Notes under the pieces: generated by a model
Databases searched by the model: none
The model's input: the letters and a program-made list of their open reading frames with translations, nothing else
What the model was told of the DNA's origin: nothing
Program-made: the position numbers and the translations under genes
Part shown: one piece after another, positions 25,506 to 35,124 of the stretch
Numbering within the stretch: position 1 is the stretch's first letter
Layout: every line of letters starts with the position of its first letter
Source: a virus
Lineage: Duplodnaviria > Heunggongvirae > Uroviricota > Caudoviricetes
DNA length: 64,000 nt
IMG/VR virus record: IMGVR_UViG_3300033069_001798
Span: 1 to 64,000 of that record
Direction: 5' to 3' (one strand)

Positions 25506-26438
25506 TCATTTAGGTATGTTGAACATCGATGCCATGAGGTCAACGCTAAGATTCTTGTGCTTAGCTTCGACTTCTACGGCGATTGTATCATCCCTAAGCC
25601 CACGGAGCTGACAATCAGGAACATGATGGATGTAGTCGCTATGCTTCCTCCTGTCAATAAATGAACCGTTCAACAATGAAGGCTCAGTGTTTGATATGTG
25701 CTGAAGAGGTATCACACCTTTCGGCCATGTCAACTGTGTTACATTGAACGCTTCGTCAGCAGTTAGCTCGCCGTCGTTGAACGTATGATGGTGCGAATCC
25801 CACACGATCGGCACGCCAGTTTCCTTGTAGACGGGTAGCAAGTCGACGACAGAGTACGCTGACTCATCGTTCTCAAGCGTAAGCCTAGACCGAACAGACT
25901 GTGGCAACGAACGAATGCCATCAACGAGCCGTGAATGACGGTCACCCTTACCACCGTGAATGTTGATTGCTGCGTGCGGCGACCGCGGGAGACCCATGGC
26001 ATCAAAGATCCAGCCATGAAGTGACAACTCGTTGAAAGAATTCTCAACAACGCGGTCAGAATCGGACGATATGACGCAGAACTGACCTGGGTGCGTTGTC
26101 AACCGTATACCACGTGAGATTGCTGCTGTGCCAGCACGCTGCAACTCTGCACGAACCGCAGGATTGTCCCACGTCTTGCGAGGCACTTTATCAGCAAGCG
26201 GGAACAGAGATGACGAAATTCGAAATAGACGAATCCCCGCTGCTGACACCTTGGGTATCATCGCAGCGAGGTTCTTGATGTTGCTGATGTACGTAACACG
26301 GATCTGCTCGTCAGTGTACGCGCCGCGCTGGAACCTTCCCAGCTGCAACGTACGTTCAGACATCTCATTGACGAGAACAGTGTTACCCGTGCGTGGTTGC
26401 ACGTGAGACTTAAGCCAATGGCAGCAAACGCCTAGCAT
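25506..26438 (-). CDS. uvdE: UV damage endonuclease UvdE
   Basis: 'FRISSSLFPLA', 'THPGQFCVISS', 'INIHGGKG', 'RLTLENDESAY' and 'PIVWDSHHH' are colinear with the conserved blocks of UvsE/UVDE. Confidence 0.85.
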   Translation of the reverse strand: MLGVCCHWLKSHVQPRTGNTVLVNEMSERTLQLGRFQRGAYTDEQIRVTYISNIKNLAAMIPKVSAAGIRLFRISSSLFPLADKVPRKTWDNPAVRAELQRAGTAAISRGIRLTTHPGQFCVISSDSDRVVENSFNELSLHGWIFDAMGLPRSPHAAINIHGGKGDRHSRLVDGIRSLPQSVRSRLTLENDESAYSVVDLLPVYKETGVPIVWDSHHHTFNDGELTADEAFNVTQLTWPKGVIPLQHISNTEPSLLNGSFIDRRKHSDYIHHVPDCQLRGLRDDTIAVEVEAKHKNLSVDLMASMFNIPK

Positions 26439-26471
26439 TGATTCAATCTTACATCTGTGCAGATCAAAGTT

Positions 26472-26708
26472 TCACTTCTTCTTGTTGCCAAACACTAGCT
26501 TTTTCAGCATCTTGTTGAACTCTCTAGCCTCACTGACCTTTGCAATACCAATCTTCCCAGGATACTGTAGACGCAGTTGAGCGTAAAATTTCTTCAGCTG
26601 CGCGGGCGTAACAGGCTTCAAGGGCGCGGGCTTAAATTCTCCTTTTTGTTCAGACTGAACCCATTCTAGCTTCGTAGTAAGATCACTAAGGTTTCTAGCG
26701 GTGGACAA
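26472..26708 (-). CDS. small lysine-rich protein
   Basis: Read directly from the sequence. Confidence 0.35.
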   Translation of the reverse strand: MSTARNLSDLTTKLEWVQSEQKGEFKPAPLKPVTPAQLKKFYAQLRLQYPGKIGIAKVSEAREFNKMLKKLVFGNKKK

Positions 26709-28558
26709 AAAGGGGCGTCGCCCTCGGGGCCGCCTCCTTCTTCGTTCTCTTCACCTTCAAGATCTTCAGTGATAGGACCGTTATCGGGCGGATCAGTCTT
26801 CATGGAGTGATCATCAAGTGTTGTCACTTCAGGCGCTGGATCATCCTCGTACTTCTCGAGGCGAGCAACACGCTTCGAGAGCTCGATCGTAGACTCAGAT
26901 GCTTCAGCGGCAGACATGAACCGACGCCTCTTCACGTACTCTTGGATGAAGGCGATGGGCCAATTCTTGACGAGCTCGTAAGCCTCATCAGCGTAAGTTC
27001 CAAGGATCGACCTGACAACATCACCGTCCATTGTCTTCACAAACAACATCTCATCGAAGCGACCAGGGCGAAGGATTGCCTCATCAAGACTGTTACGATT
27101 GTTGACAGTTGCGATGACAAGCTTCACGTGCCTCTGGAAGAACTCGAGCGTCTCGAGCAGCTGCGCCTGCGCATGCGCTCTGTCAAAGTCATCCAAGATG
27201 ATTGCATCGGGTTCAAAGATCGTGATAGCCTCAAAGAGCGTAGAGCTCTCAAGGTTAGCAACATCCTCAACGCGAATTCGGAAGCTGCGCATGCCAAGGT
27301 TCTCCACGATGGTTCGAGCCATCGTAGACTTTCCAGTCCCCGGCGGACCGTACAGCATCACTGACCGCGGCACGTCAGCGTCGATGCACCGCTTCAAGTA
27401 TGCTGCGTACGAAGTTGCTCTCTCAGATGCAAGGGGATGAAAGGCATCGTCAGATTCAAACACGATCCTAGAATCATCGTCAGACGTTCCGACGCGCTTG
27501 TTCTGCCTCATGACGAGGTTTGAATCTTTCAAAGATTCCCACAAGATCTTCTTGATGAGAGCTTGAGCCTCTTTCAACTTCGCAGTGTCAACGTAGATGT
27601 TGCCGGGAACGTTGAGACGGGTGTTCATCGTGTAACCCATCTTGATGCCATCAGCATCGATCATGCGAATGATCGTAGCATCATCGTTGGTGCGAATGTT
27701 CTCGTAAGGATATCGACTGACGACCTTGATGATCGTAGAGTTGAAGTCCCTGCTGTAAGGTGCAGACCACTCATCACCAGAGAAGAAATCATCTCCCCAC
27801 ACTTCAAACTGCTCAATGAGCACTTTGGAGATCGAGAAGCTGCTCTTCAAACCGTTCCACCAGGTGGGATCTTCCAAGAAGGGCGTTGATGCTTGAAAGA
27901 TGTCAGTTCCAACGTGGATGACTTGCTTCACCTTGCTCACGTTGAAGAAATCTCTAACTTGCGTCACTAGCGTCTTGTTCTTTTCAGTCATTTTGTCTCG
28001 TGGTGCTAAAAATTCAACGTTGTAACGAACTCGCTTGTTTGCTTTTGACGTGAAAGTCACGTCGCACTCTTCGTACTTCCCGTCTACGATCGCCGCCCCC
28101 ACGACCTTTGTAACATGCTCATAATCTGGATCGACGTACGTCATGATGAAGAATGCTCGACCCGTTGTCAGGGGTGCTAGTTTCTTGATGACTACGTTCT
28201 CAAAAGAATTCTTTGCAGTGTTTTCAACATCTGACCAATAGATCTTTGGGATGCTGATGAACTCGTAACCTGCTTGTGGGTAAGCGCACCGCTTGCAGAA
28301 ACGAGCGTCATTATCGTTCATCGCCTTGCACTGGCTGCACTCTTTTGCCTCGCCGCAATTGTCATACTCATGAACAACATCGTCGATGAACGTGCAACAC
28401 ATGTCGCCGTGCTCTTCTTGGATGTTCCTTAGATCTGACACCTTCACTTTCAAAGTGCTGTGGAACGTCGTGATGCTATCGATGACAGATTTCTTGGCTT
28501 TGGTGCTTGGTGCCATAAGTTGAAATGTACCCTGCAGATCAGCTATTTTACAAGCCAC
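26666..28558 (-). CDS. AAA+ ATPase with an N-terminal Cys-rich zinc-finger region
   Basis: 'VMLYGPPGTGKST' is a Walker A motif and 'AIILDDFD' a Walker B motif. The N-terminus has 'CSQCKAMNDNDARFCKRCAYP'. Confidence 0.8.
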   Translation of the reverse strand: MACKIADLQGTFQLMAPSTKAKKSVIDSITTFHSTLKVKVSDLRNIQEEHGDMCCTFIDDVVHEYDNCGEAKECSQCKAMNDNDARFCKRCAYPQAGYEFISIPKIYWSDVENTAKNSFENVVIKKLAPLTTGRAFFIMTYVDPDYEHVTKVVGAAIVDGKYEECDVTFTSKANKRVRYNVEFLAPRDKMTEKNKTLVTQVRDFFNVSKVKQVIHVGTDIFQASTPFLEDPTWWNGLKSSFSISKVLIEQFEVWGDDFFSGDEWSAPYSRDFNSTIIKVVSRYPYENIRTNDDATIIRMIDADGIKMGYTMNTRLNVPGNIYVDTAKLKEAQALIKKILWESLKDSNLVMRQNKRVGTSDDDSRIVFESDDAFHPLASERATSYAAYLKRCIDADVPRSVMLYGPPGTGKSTMARTIVENLGMRSFRIRVEDVANLESSTLFEAITIFEPDAIILDDFDRAHAQAQLLETLEFFQRHVKLVIATVNNRNSLDEAILRPGRFDEMLFVKTMDGDVVRSILGTYADEAYELVKNWPIAFIQEYVKRRRFMSAAEASESTIELSKRVARLEKYEDDPAPEVTTLDDHSMKTDPPDNGPITEDLEGEENEEGGGPEGDAPFCPPLETLVILLRS

Positions 28559-28562
28559 AGCT

Positions 28563-29481
28563 TCAAGCGTACTTGCACATCAGCTGCTCACCAAGATCCT
28601 TGAGGAACTGTACACCGTAGTTACCATCACGGCTAGCTTCAAGGTCGGTTTCAAGGAAGCTCGGCAACACTTCGTCAGAGTAGCGTGCAGATGCAATGCC
28701 CCATGCGATCGCAGCGACAGAGTCTGTGTCACCACCCCCAGCTCGCAACTCGAGACATGATACCCGCTAGCGATTTTTCTTCGACAAGCAACGTATGAAC
28801 AGCCCAAGCCGTGTTCCAACCGAGGCCACGATCCCCCGGCTGCTTCGGTCGAGCCTTCACAGGGCCCTCCCAGGGCTTCGAGAAATAATCAAAAGAATCT
28901 AGGTAACGGCTACACCATCCTAGCATGTGATTAAAATCTCGACGATCGTAGAGGGCATAATGCGACATCAATGCAACAGCGATCGAGGAGTTGATGCCAC
29001 CCCACGTGGCATGCGTCGTAGCTGCTTGCAACCCAGCGTAGCGAACGACGGCATCTGGATCTTTGATGACGCCTATGGGAACCGAGCGCATCGCTGCACC
29101 GTTCTTGTCGGAATTTGGTTGAAGCTTCAGCTTCAGCTCATCACCGTTCTTCGAAGACTCTAGTAGCTCTTGCATCGCTCTGCTGTAACCATCGCGTGGA
29201 TCTCTTGCATGAACTTCCCAAAATTTGCCAACAAAATCAACGGCGCTGGGTGATTCGCTGGTGCACAGCAACTCTGCGATCGCAATGCTCTGCTGGGTAT
29301 CATCTGAGTACCAGCCCGGTTTCATCAGCTCGTACGTTGGGTGCTGAACGTAACGATTCATAGAGCCAACAGCTTCAAAAAGCTCGCCATGCTTCTCTTT
29401 ATCGATGAATTCGATGCCCAACGCCAATGCATCTGCTTGCGCAATGCGCAGCAGCATGTTGCTGTTCTTACGTCTCATCAT
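28563..29481 (-). pseudogene. ADP-ribosylglycohydrolase (ARH family) split by a frameshift at a G5 run (or a sequencing error)
   Basis: The 250-aa ORF 28729-29481 has the N-terminal ARH motif 'AQADALALGIE'. The C-terminal ARH motif 'GGDTDSVAAIAWGIA' lies in the next frame (ORF 28563-28748). The frames meet at minus-strand 'GCTGGGGGTGGTGA' (plus strand 28729-28740). Deleting one G restores '…SWGGDTDSVAAIAWG…'. Confidence 0.6.
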
Positions 29482-29726
29482 AGGTGCCTTATGAAGGTTC
29501 GAAGCACGAAGAAAGAATCACCCAACGAAGGAACGATGACTTTTGCGTAATCTGGTCCCAAGTGCGTGAGGATGCACATCGTGTTCTTTTTCAGAATTAC
29601 ACCACGTGTGCCGCTGTCGTTCTGAACAAACGTATCCCAAGAAACGTAACACAATTCTGTTTCTATCAATTGCGTCACCTTCAACGTAAAACGTGCAACG
29701 AATTCGCTTACTGGGCTTAGCCCCAT
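29478..29726 (-). CDS. hypothetical small protein
   Basis: Fills a slot in the minus-strand operon; ATGA junction. Confidence 0.3.
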   Translation of the reverse strand: MGLSPVSEFVARFTLKVTQLIETELCYVSWDTFVQNDSGTRGVILKKNTMCILTHLGPDYAKVIVPSLGDSFFVLRTFIRHL

Positions 29727-30049
29727 CGTCGATGAGGTCTCCTGTTCCTGTCAACGTTGCCATCCAGCGCATCGTTCAAAATTTGGGACGCAATTGACCA
29801 CAAATCTTCTTCTGAACGAACCCTTCTGTTGAACTGCGCGTTCTGAACTTTGGCTCCAGCATCGTCTAGGCCAATGCGCTGGAGCTCTTCACCGAGCCAG
29901 TTAGCAGTCGTTATCACTTCTTTAGTTCTGACATCGCATGACCAGTTCGCCGGTCTTCCAGCGCTGTGCCCAGCGAATAGTCTTTCAATGTTGCGCTGAA
30001 CGTTCTCTCTGACCATGTCAGGAGAATAGCGCGGTGCTACTTTTTCCAT
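29717..30049 (-). CDS. hypothetical protein
   Basis: ORF adjacent to Fpg. Confidence 0.4.
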   Translation of the reverse strand: MEKVAPRYSPDMVRENVQRNIERLFAGHSAGRPANWSCDVRTKEVITTANWLGEELQRIGLDDAGAKVQNAQFNRRVRSEEDLWSIASQILNDALDGNVDRNRRPHRRWG

Positions 30050-30052
30050 CTT

Positions 30053-30868
30053 CTACTTCTGTCTTTTTGGACACCAGTAAGTTGTTCGACCGTCAGCGGT
30101 CGCTTTTTTTTCTACTGGGAATCCATGAGGATCAGTGACTTGATTGTACACTGAAAATCTGTCTGATATCCATGATGTGCCATCCGGACCCACAGAATAA
30201 GCCCCACCGAGCTCGTACGACAGGTTCATCATCATTATGATAGCTGATCGTAGGTCAGCAAAGTCTTCGTGGGTTAGCGACGAAACTGGACGATGCGGTG
30301 ATATCTTCGCAGCATACAAAGATTCACACTTCAAGTAATTACCGACGCCAGAGACGCAGCTTTGGTCCATCAGAGCCTCAGCGATCGTTCGATTGCTCTT
30401 GAACATCATGCGCTCGATGAATTCTTCATCATCCGGTGGTGCGTTAAGCATGTCAGGACCTATTGACTTCAGCTTTGAAGCTAGCGCTTCGGCAGAAGAC
30501 GTGAAGCTCAACGTCCCGAATCGACGCTGGTCAATGAACGTCGTTGTCAACTCATCAGACATGATTGACATGACAGCGTGCCCAGCCGTGGGCCGCGTCG
30601 TCCACTTTCCCGTCATCCCGTAGGTGCACATCATGTACCAATCGGGCTCAAGATCTTTCTTGAACGTCCACCATGAGAACTTTCCCTTTACGCGAGCTGC
30701 TTCCATCATGTAGCCATCACGAACAGCAGAGGCGAAATTTTGGTAACCAGCGGGCTCTTTCGAAGAGTAACGACCAGTGTTGTGCAGCTGAACGGCACGA
30801 ATGATCTCACCGCTGAACAGGTTGTTGATCTCTTCGACGCTCAACGTGACTTCAACACCCTCGGGCAT
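30053..30868 (-). CDS. Fpg/Nei-family DNA glycosylase (formamidopyrimidine/endonuclease VIII-like)
   Basis: N-terminal 'MPEGVEV' carries the catalytic Pro2 and Glu3. The H2TH segment is 'GVGNYLKCESLYAAKISPH'. The C-terminus has only one Cys pair, which suggests a zincless finger. Confidence 0.8.
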   Translation of the reverse strand: MPEGVEVTLSVEEINNLFSGEIIRAVQLHNTGRYSSKEPAGYQNFASAVRDGYMMEAARVKGKFSWWTFKKDLEPDWYMMCTYGMTGKWTTRPTAGHAVMSIMSDELTTTFIDQRRFGTLSFTSSAEALASKLKSIGPDMLNAPPDDEEFIERMMFKSNRTIAEALMDQSCVSGVGNYLKCESLYAAKISPHRPVSSLTHEDFADLRSAIIMMMNLSYELGGAYSVGPDGTSWISDRFSVYNQVTDPHGFPVEKKATADGRTTYWCPKRQK

Positions 30869-31198
30869 TCATCCCTCCAGCGCAGCAGCACCGGCCGCCG
30901 CGGCATTGTAGAACCTGACATCGACATTGTCTGATGCCTTGAAAAGAAACCACTGGTTGAGCGTCTCGTCCCAAGCGTGGATCGTTCCATCTTCATCGAT
31001 CTTGTGAATCTCGCAAGATGAAGTGTGAGGACGAGCATGGCGCAACCGAGTCACCAAGATCTTGCTACCAACTGGTGCTAGCAGCACGCCGTCCGCGATC
31101 GCAGGCACTGTCTTTGGATCGATCTTCACTCTCTTCTTTCGTGGAGCCTTCGGCGCTTTCTCTTTAACGCGTTCAGCGATCTTCTTTGCGTTGCTCAT
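30869..31198 (-). CDS. hypothetical protein with a basic N-terminus
   Basis: 'KAPKAPRKKRVKIDPK'. Confidence 0.4.
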   Translation of the reverse strand: MSNAKKIAERVKEKAPKAPRKKRVKIDPKTVPAIADGVLLAPVGSKILVTRLRHARPHTSSCEIHKIDEDGTIHAWDETLNQWFLFKASDNVDVRFYNAAAAGAAALEG

Positions 31199-31619
31199 GT
31201 TTCTTTATCCAGTCGTAGTATATGCCCAACGCACCGTCTGACGGGCGGTCGCTACCCACATCGCATTGGAAGAACATCTTCCATGATCTCCAACCGTACT
31301 CACCGATACCGGGCAGCTCCCGGGCATCTGACCAAGATTTGCTCACGTAAGCCTTTGTCATTGACCTGATCGTGGCTTCGCGACGATTCTTGAATCCAAG
31401 CGACCGGATCAAGTCAGCGACTTCAGCTGGGGAGCTCTCCAAGTACTTCTCAGGCGTTGACCAACGAGACATGAATTCAGGTAGGATCTTTTCTACCTGC
31501 GTTCTCTTCGTCCGGTTCAGCATGATGCAGCTGACGAGGACGAGCCATTCATTGGGCCATAGAGATTCTTGTATGAGACTGTGAGGACTTGCTAGCGGTA
31601 TCATACCACTTGCCAACAT
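31173..31619 (-). CDS. HhH-GPD DNA glycosylase, MBD4 glycosylase-domain-like
   Basis: 'WLVLVSCIMLNRT…AEVADLIRSLGFKNRREATI…ELPGIGEYGWRSWKMF' parallels the MBD4 catalytic domain ('WKLLIATIFLNRT…HGIGKYGNDSYRIF'). Confidence 0.7.
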   Translation of the reverse strand: MLASGMIPLASPHSLIQESLWPNEWLVLVSCIMLNRTKRTQVEKILPEFMSRWSTPEKYLESSPAEVADLIRSLGFKNRREATIRSMTKAYVSKSWSDARELPGIGEYGWRSWKMFFQCDVGSDRPSDGALGIYYDWIKKHEQRKEDR

Positions 31620-31643
31620 TGTAATTCGTCTAGCTGAGCAAGT

Positions 31644-32318
31644 TCATCTGCCGTACTTCTTGTCAAAGTACGTGTTACCAAGTTGGTACAGAACATTTTC
31701 TAGCGATGATTGCTTCACGTCGTGCTTTGCCAGCTGCTGAGCAACTTCACCATGCCTTTGGATCAAGCTTGATTTTGCCGCGCTTTGTCCTGGCCCGTCG
31801 TAAGAGTAGTTCAATACCTTGTTTGGATCTTTCACAAGCTCGCAGTCATCGCATTCTTCTGGTGTCTTTGGATCATCACGATCATCAAACGGTTTCTTGT
31901 CAACGTCGCTGCGCTTCGAAGAGTAATATTGCCACAACTTCTCGGCAGAAGAATTTGTCGATACCCTGTCTGGCATCAAGCCACCGTCGCCGTCGCTCAT
32001 GACAATATCGTACATGAGCGGACCGTAACCTTTAGACGCTGCAGATCGATGAACTTCGATAGCGTCATTGCACTCGTCAGAGTGTGGGATGGCTTCGATG
32101 AAACCGTAGATAAATTCATCGAGAGGTTTGGAGAATCGCATGCTCCAGAAACCCGGTTCTTGCATGACAGACGCTAGAGTCTTGGGCTCGTAAAGAACGT
32201 AGTAAATCTTACCTTCTCGCTGTCCCCTATAAAGAGCTAGCCCAGCATCTATAGCTTGATCTCCGCCCACTGCTGCTTCAATGAGGTGTGATATGTACGA
32301 CTTCAAGTGTTGCTTCAT
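31644..32318 (-). CDS. hypothetical protein
   Basis: ORF. Confidence 0.5.
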   Translation of the reverse strand: MKQHLKSYISHLIEAAVGGDQAIDAGLALYRGQREGKIYYVLYEPKTLASVMQEPGFWSMRFSKPLDEFIYGFIEAIPHSDECNDAIEVHRSAASKGYGPLMYDIVMSDGDGGLMPDRVSTNSSAEKLWQYYSSKRSDVDKKPFDDRDDPKTPEECDDCELVKDPNKVLNYSYDGPGQSAAKSSLIQRHGEVAQQLAKHDVKQSSLENVLYQLGNTYFDKKYGR

Positions 32319-32878
32319 AGGATTCCCACCCTCTTGAACAGCTTTCGATTGTAGTCGCTGAAAGATCCTTGCAGGAGAACAGCGGGTTCAACCCACTTCA
32401 CCACACCAGATTCATCAGTGTCAACGTTACCCATGACTGAGCAAGAGTAAGTCGTCACGAAGTAACCAGCATCATCTTTCTGCGAGAACACTTTTGTTAG
32501 ATTTACAGCAGTGTAACCAGTCTCTTCTTCAAGCTCTCTTGCAGCGGCTTCAACCTCAACCTCACCAGGATCCACTTTCCCACCCGGCAATCCAAAATCG
32601 TTTGGATCATCTTTCCTAGAGACTGCCAAGATCTTTCCGTTTGGGTTCCTAACAAGAACGCATGCAGCTCGCGGGGCATTCAAAGCTGCGAGCGTCTCGT
32701 CTTCTTCGTCATTTGCCAACGAACCACCCACTTCGACGTTTGTTATCGGCGGTCGAGGATCTGTCAACATCTCACGGATGAGCTGCTTCAGAAGCTTAAC
32801 TTCTTTGGTTCTGGAAGTGGACATGATTCGATCTGATCGCAGCTCGTTATGTTCTTGACGCAAGACGGAGCGAGCCAA
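32315..32878 (-). CDS. Nudix hydrolase
   Basis: Nudix box 'GLPGGKVDPGEVEVEAAARELEEETG'. Confidence 0.8.
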   Translation of the reverse strand: MARSVLRQEHNELRSDRIMSTSRTKEVKLLKQLIREMLTDPRPPITNVEVGGSLANDEEDETLAALNAPRAACVLVRNPNGKILAVSRKDDPNDFGLPGGKVDPGEVEVEAAARELEEETGYTAVNLTKVFSQKDDAGYFVTTYSCSVMGNVDTDESGVVKWVEPAVLLQGSFSDYNRKLFKRVGIL

Positions 32879-33162
32879 ACGCCTGCTGCTTGCGTATCAC
32901 GGCAGAACACGCTGCACGTTGCCACGCAGTGGTTCGCTACGCAACCATGACCCAAGTCACAATCACCAGTGTCAGCGCACAACCTCTTCATGTCGATATC
33001 ACGGCCCTCTTCGCAACCCAAGCTGTTGAGACGATCACATGCAGCCTGGCAGTCACCCGTATCGGTCACAACTGGCGGTTGAGGTGTTACGTTGGACCCA
33101 CGAGGGCACCCAGAAATAATCAACGTAATGAGAAGGATAGATACTGCGCCCAATTTTTTCAT
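32788..33162 (-). CDS. secreted Cys-rich small protein
   Basis: N-terminal signal peptide 'MKKLGAVSILLITLIISGCP'. 12 Cys residues. Confidence 0.45.
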   Translation of the reverse strand: MKKLGAVSILLITLIISGCPRGSNVTPQPPVVTDTGDCQAACDRLNSLGCEEGRDIDMKRLCADTGDCDLGHGCVANHCVATCSVFCRDTQAAGVWLAPSCVKNITSCDQIESCPLPEPKKLSF

Positions 33163-33169
33163 TATTCTC

Positions 33170-33517
33170 TCAAATTTCTCTCAAGTACCCAAACTTAGCA
33201 TTGATGAGCCCAACAAGCGCTGAATCTGTTTCCTTGAAATCATTGTTGTGCTTGCGGAATAGCTTCGCGTACTTTGAAGATGCATAATCGATGATCTCAC
33301 GTCTGATATTATCAGGCAGAGGTTCATCATTGATCTCTTCTGTCTTTCTGATCCAGAAAACGGCAGCAGTGCGACCATTTGATGCTAGCGACGGCGCCAT
33401 GTGCCTCTTTAGCCGGGCGATGAACTTTGTGTCAAGCTTGAGCTCAGCAATGATAGTTGAGACGTACTCTTTCAGCAGCTGTTGATCGCTCATGTACCCT
33501 CCAAAAACGGTACCCAA
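33170..33517 (-). CDS. hypothetical protein
   Basis: ORF. Confidence 0.45.
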   Translation of the reverse strand: MGTVFGGYMSDQQLLKEYVSTIIAELKLDTKFIARLKRHMAPSLASNGRTAAVFWIRKTEEINDEPLPDNIRREIIDYASSKYAKLFRKHNNDFKETDSALVGLINAKFGYLREI

Positions 33518-34296
33518 AAGCTGTTTGCAGAGCTTTCGTCTAGGTACTTAAACGGCACCCAAGCGTAACCATCATCTCCCCACCAAGTTCCCCAAGAGTT
33601 GCGAACCAACCACAGCTCTCTTCCAAGATCGTAGCCTACGATCACTTGGCAGTGACCTCCAGCGCCGGCCCTAACGGACTTTGGCATCGCAACGGGTGGA
33701 CCGCCGCGGTACGCCATGTAATCTTTATCGACAGTCATGCCAAAGACGATCGGATGGCTTGCTTGCAGCGCAGAGATGATGTAGTTTTTCTGCGCTTGAC
33801 CAGATCCACCGATAGAATAGTAGCTGTCAATTTTGTTGACGTAAGCGTCCCTGTAAGAACCCCAAGACGGTCGAATGAAGACCTTGCTGGTGTCATAAGG
33901 CCACTTTTCTTCTGCACAAGTTCCCAACGATGACAGCGTTCCGAACGCCATGTGAATGTAAGCACCCTCATCGCGATCTTGCATTCGTGACATCAAACGA
34001 GCATTGTAGTAGACGAACATCCTAGACAGGTCTACGAAAGGTTTGCCGTTGCGGATCTGAAGAAACTCGAGAGCCCCAACGACACCGTTGCCCGTACAAC
34101 TTCCTATAGCTCCCTGATCCTCGACCGGTGAGCACCACTGGCGCAGATCTAGGACGCCGTCGACCTCTTGCGGAGCGCTAGCTGGTGATGCAGCTGCGAA
34201 CTTAGAGATATTATCCGCAAAGACGTAGTTCTTGCTTGCGTCATGATCTGGATCTTCGTGGTCGGCTTTCCAGCCGCCTAGCTTTGGTACGTACAT
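33490..34296 (-). CDS. papain-like cysteine peptidase (C1 family)
   Basis: 'CSPVEDQGAIGSCTGNG' holds the Cys25-like residue. 'GGHCQVIVGY' holds the His and 'VRNSWGTWWGDDGY' the Asn. Confidence 0.8.
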   Translation of the reverse strand: MYVPKLGGWKADHEDPDHDASKNYVFADNISKFAAASPASAPQEVDGVLDLRQWCSPVEDQGAIGSCTGNGVVGALEFLQIRNGKPFVDLSRMFVYYNARLMSRMQDRDEGAYIHMAFGTLSSLGTCAEEKWPYDTSKVFIRPSWGSYRDAYVNKIDSYYSIGGSGQAQKNYIISALQASHPIVFGMTVDKDYMAYRGGPPVAMPKSVRAGAGGHCQVIVGYDLGRELWLVRNSWGTWWGDDGYAWVPFKYLDESSANSFWVPFLEGT

Positions 34297-35108
34297 AATA
34301 GCTTCTTCCCTGTTAGCATTGAGATCAAGAACTTGACAGCGTTGAACAAGATCGCCAAGAAACCTTTTGCATCTGGTGTTGGGAGAGGTGCAGGAGGCGG
34401 CTCAGGCACAATTATATCAACTGACGGTTGAGTTTTTACTTCAGGCTCTGGCTCTTCGATGACAACTGGGATCAGAGGATGATCTGGAAGTTTGTCAGGC
34501 CAGTGAAGCGTCATAGCGGGGTACGTGTCTGGTTCTTCAAGAACTCGAGCAGCGTTGGTGAACAAGATTACATTTGCCTCGTTGCGAGGCTTCAAGCCGG
34601 GATTTCCTGCTTCATTCATCTTGCACGTTGCCGCTGCAGTCAAGAAGTCTTTCTTCTTCACAGCGGCTTCGAAGCGTGGAAAGTTGAAGCCAGATCCCAT
34701 AGCCCAAGACATGCTCATGATCCCAAGCTGAGCATCTGCGGGCCATGAATCAAACTCAGGGAAGCGCTTCTTGACGTGAGCTTCCATCTCTAGGAGCCTG
34801 CGCCTGACCAGGTCGTCGCAAGATTTCTGAGACAGCTTTAGAGCCGTGATAGCCCTGAACGAAGGAGCACCCTTCAGCGCGAGATCTGTCCTAGCTTTAA
34901 CGTTGTGCCACTCTGTAGCAATTTCACCCGGCGGTGCCAGCCCGCCAGACTTCCTTTCAAATGGCAACGAAGTAGCCATAGAGATCGGATCGATCAGGTT
35001 TCCCCGAGCGATCGTCACCAGGCCTTTGACGTCTAGGTACATGTGCTCAACGACGCCTTCGAAGCGGCCCGTGAAGCTGCTGAAAGCATCTATGACTGAT
35101 TGATGCAT
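34278..35108 (-). CDS. GH24 (T4-type) lysozyme-like muramidase with a Pro-rich C-terminal region
   Basis: 'FEGVVEHMYLDVKGLVTIARG' matches the GH24 catalytic 'E…D…T' signature block. Confidence 0.65.
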   Translation of the reverse strand: MHQSVIDAFSSFTGRFEGVVEHMYLDVKGLVTIARGNLIDPISMATSLPFERKSGGLAPPGEIATEWHNVKARTDLALKGAPSFRAITALKLSQKSCDDLVRRRLLEMEAHVKKRFPEFDSWPADAQLGIMSMSWAMGSGFNFPRFEAAVKKKDFLTAAATCKMNEAGNPGLKPRNEANVILFTNAARVLEEPDTYPAMTLHWPDKLPDHPLIPVVIEEPEPEVKTQPSVDIIVPEPPPAPLPTPDAKGFLAILFNAVKFLISMLTGKKLLCTYQS

Positions 35109-35124
35109 GTACTCTAAGTATTGA

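Noticed and set aside
26807-27889. Plus-strand ORFs (26807-27364, 27099-27440, 27563-27889) inside the AAA+ ATPase gene, and similar + ORFs opposite other minus genes (37718-38284, 39295-39867, 41638-42186, 54353-54922, 55074-55463, 56874-57158)
   Set aside because: They are antisense shadows of motif-supported minus-strand genes. None has a recognisable domain, and several have Ser/Arg/Cys-rich shadow composition.
31706-32177. Plus-strand ORFs inside the 31644-32318 minus gene
   Set aside because: They are antisense to a coding ORF in the operon and have no supporting features.
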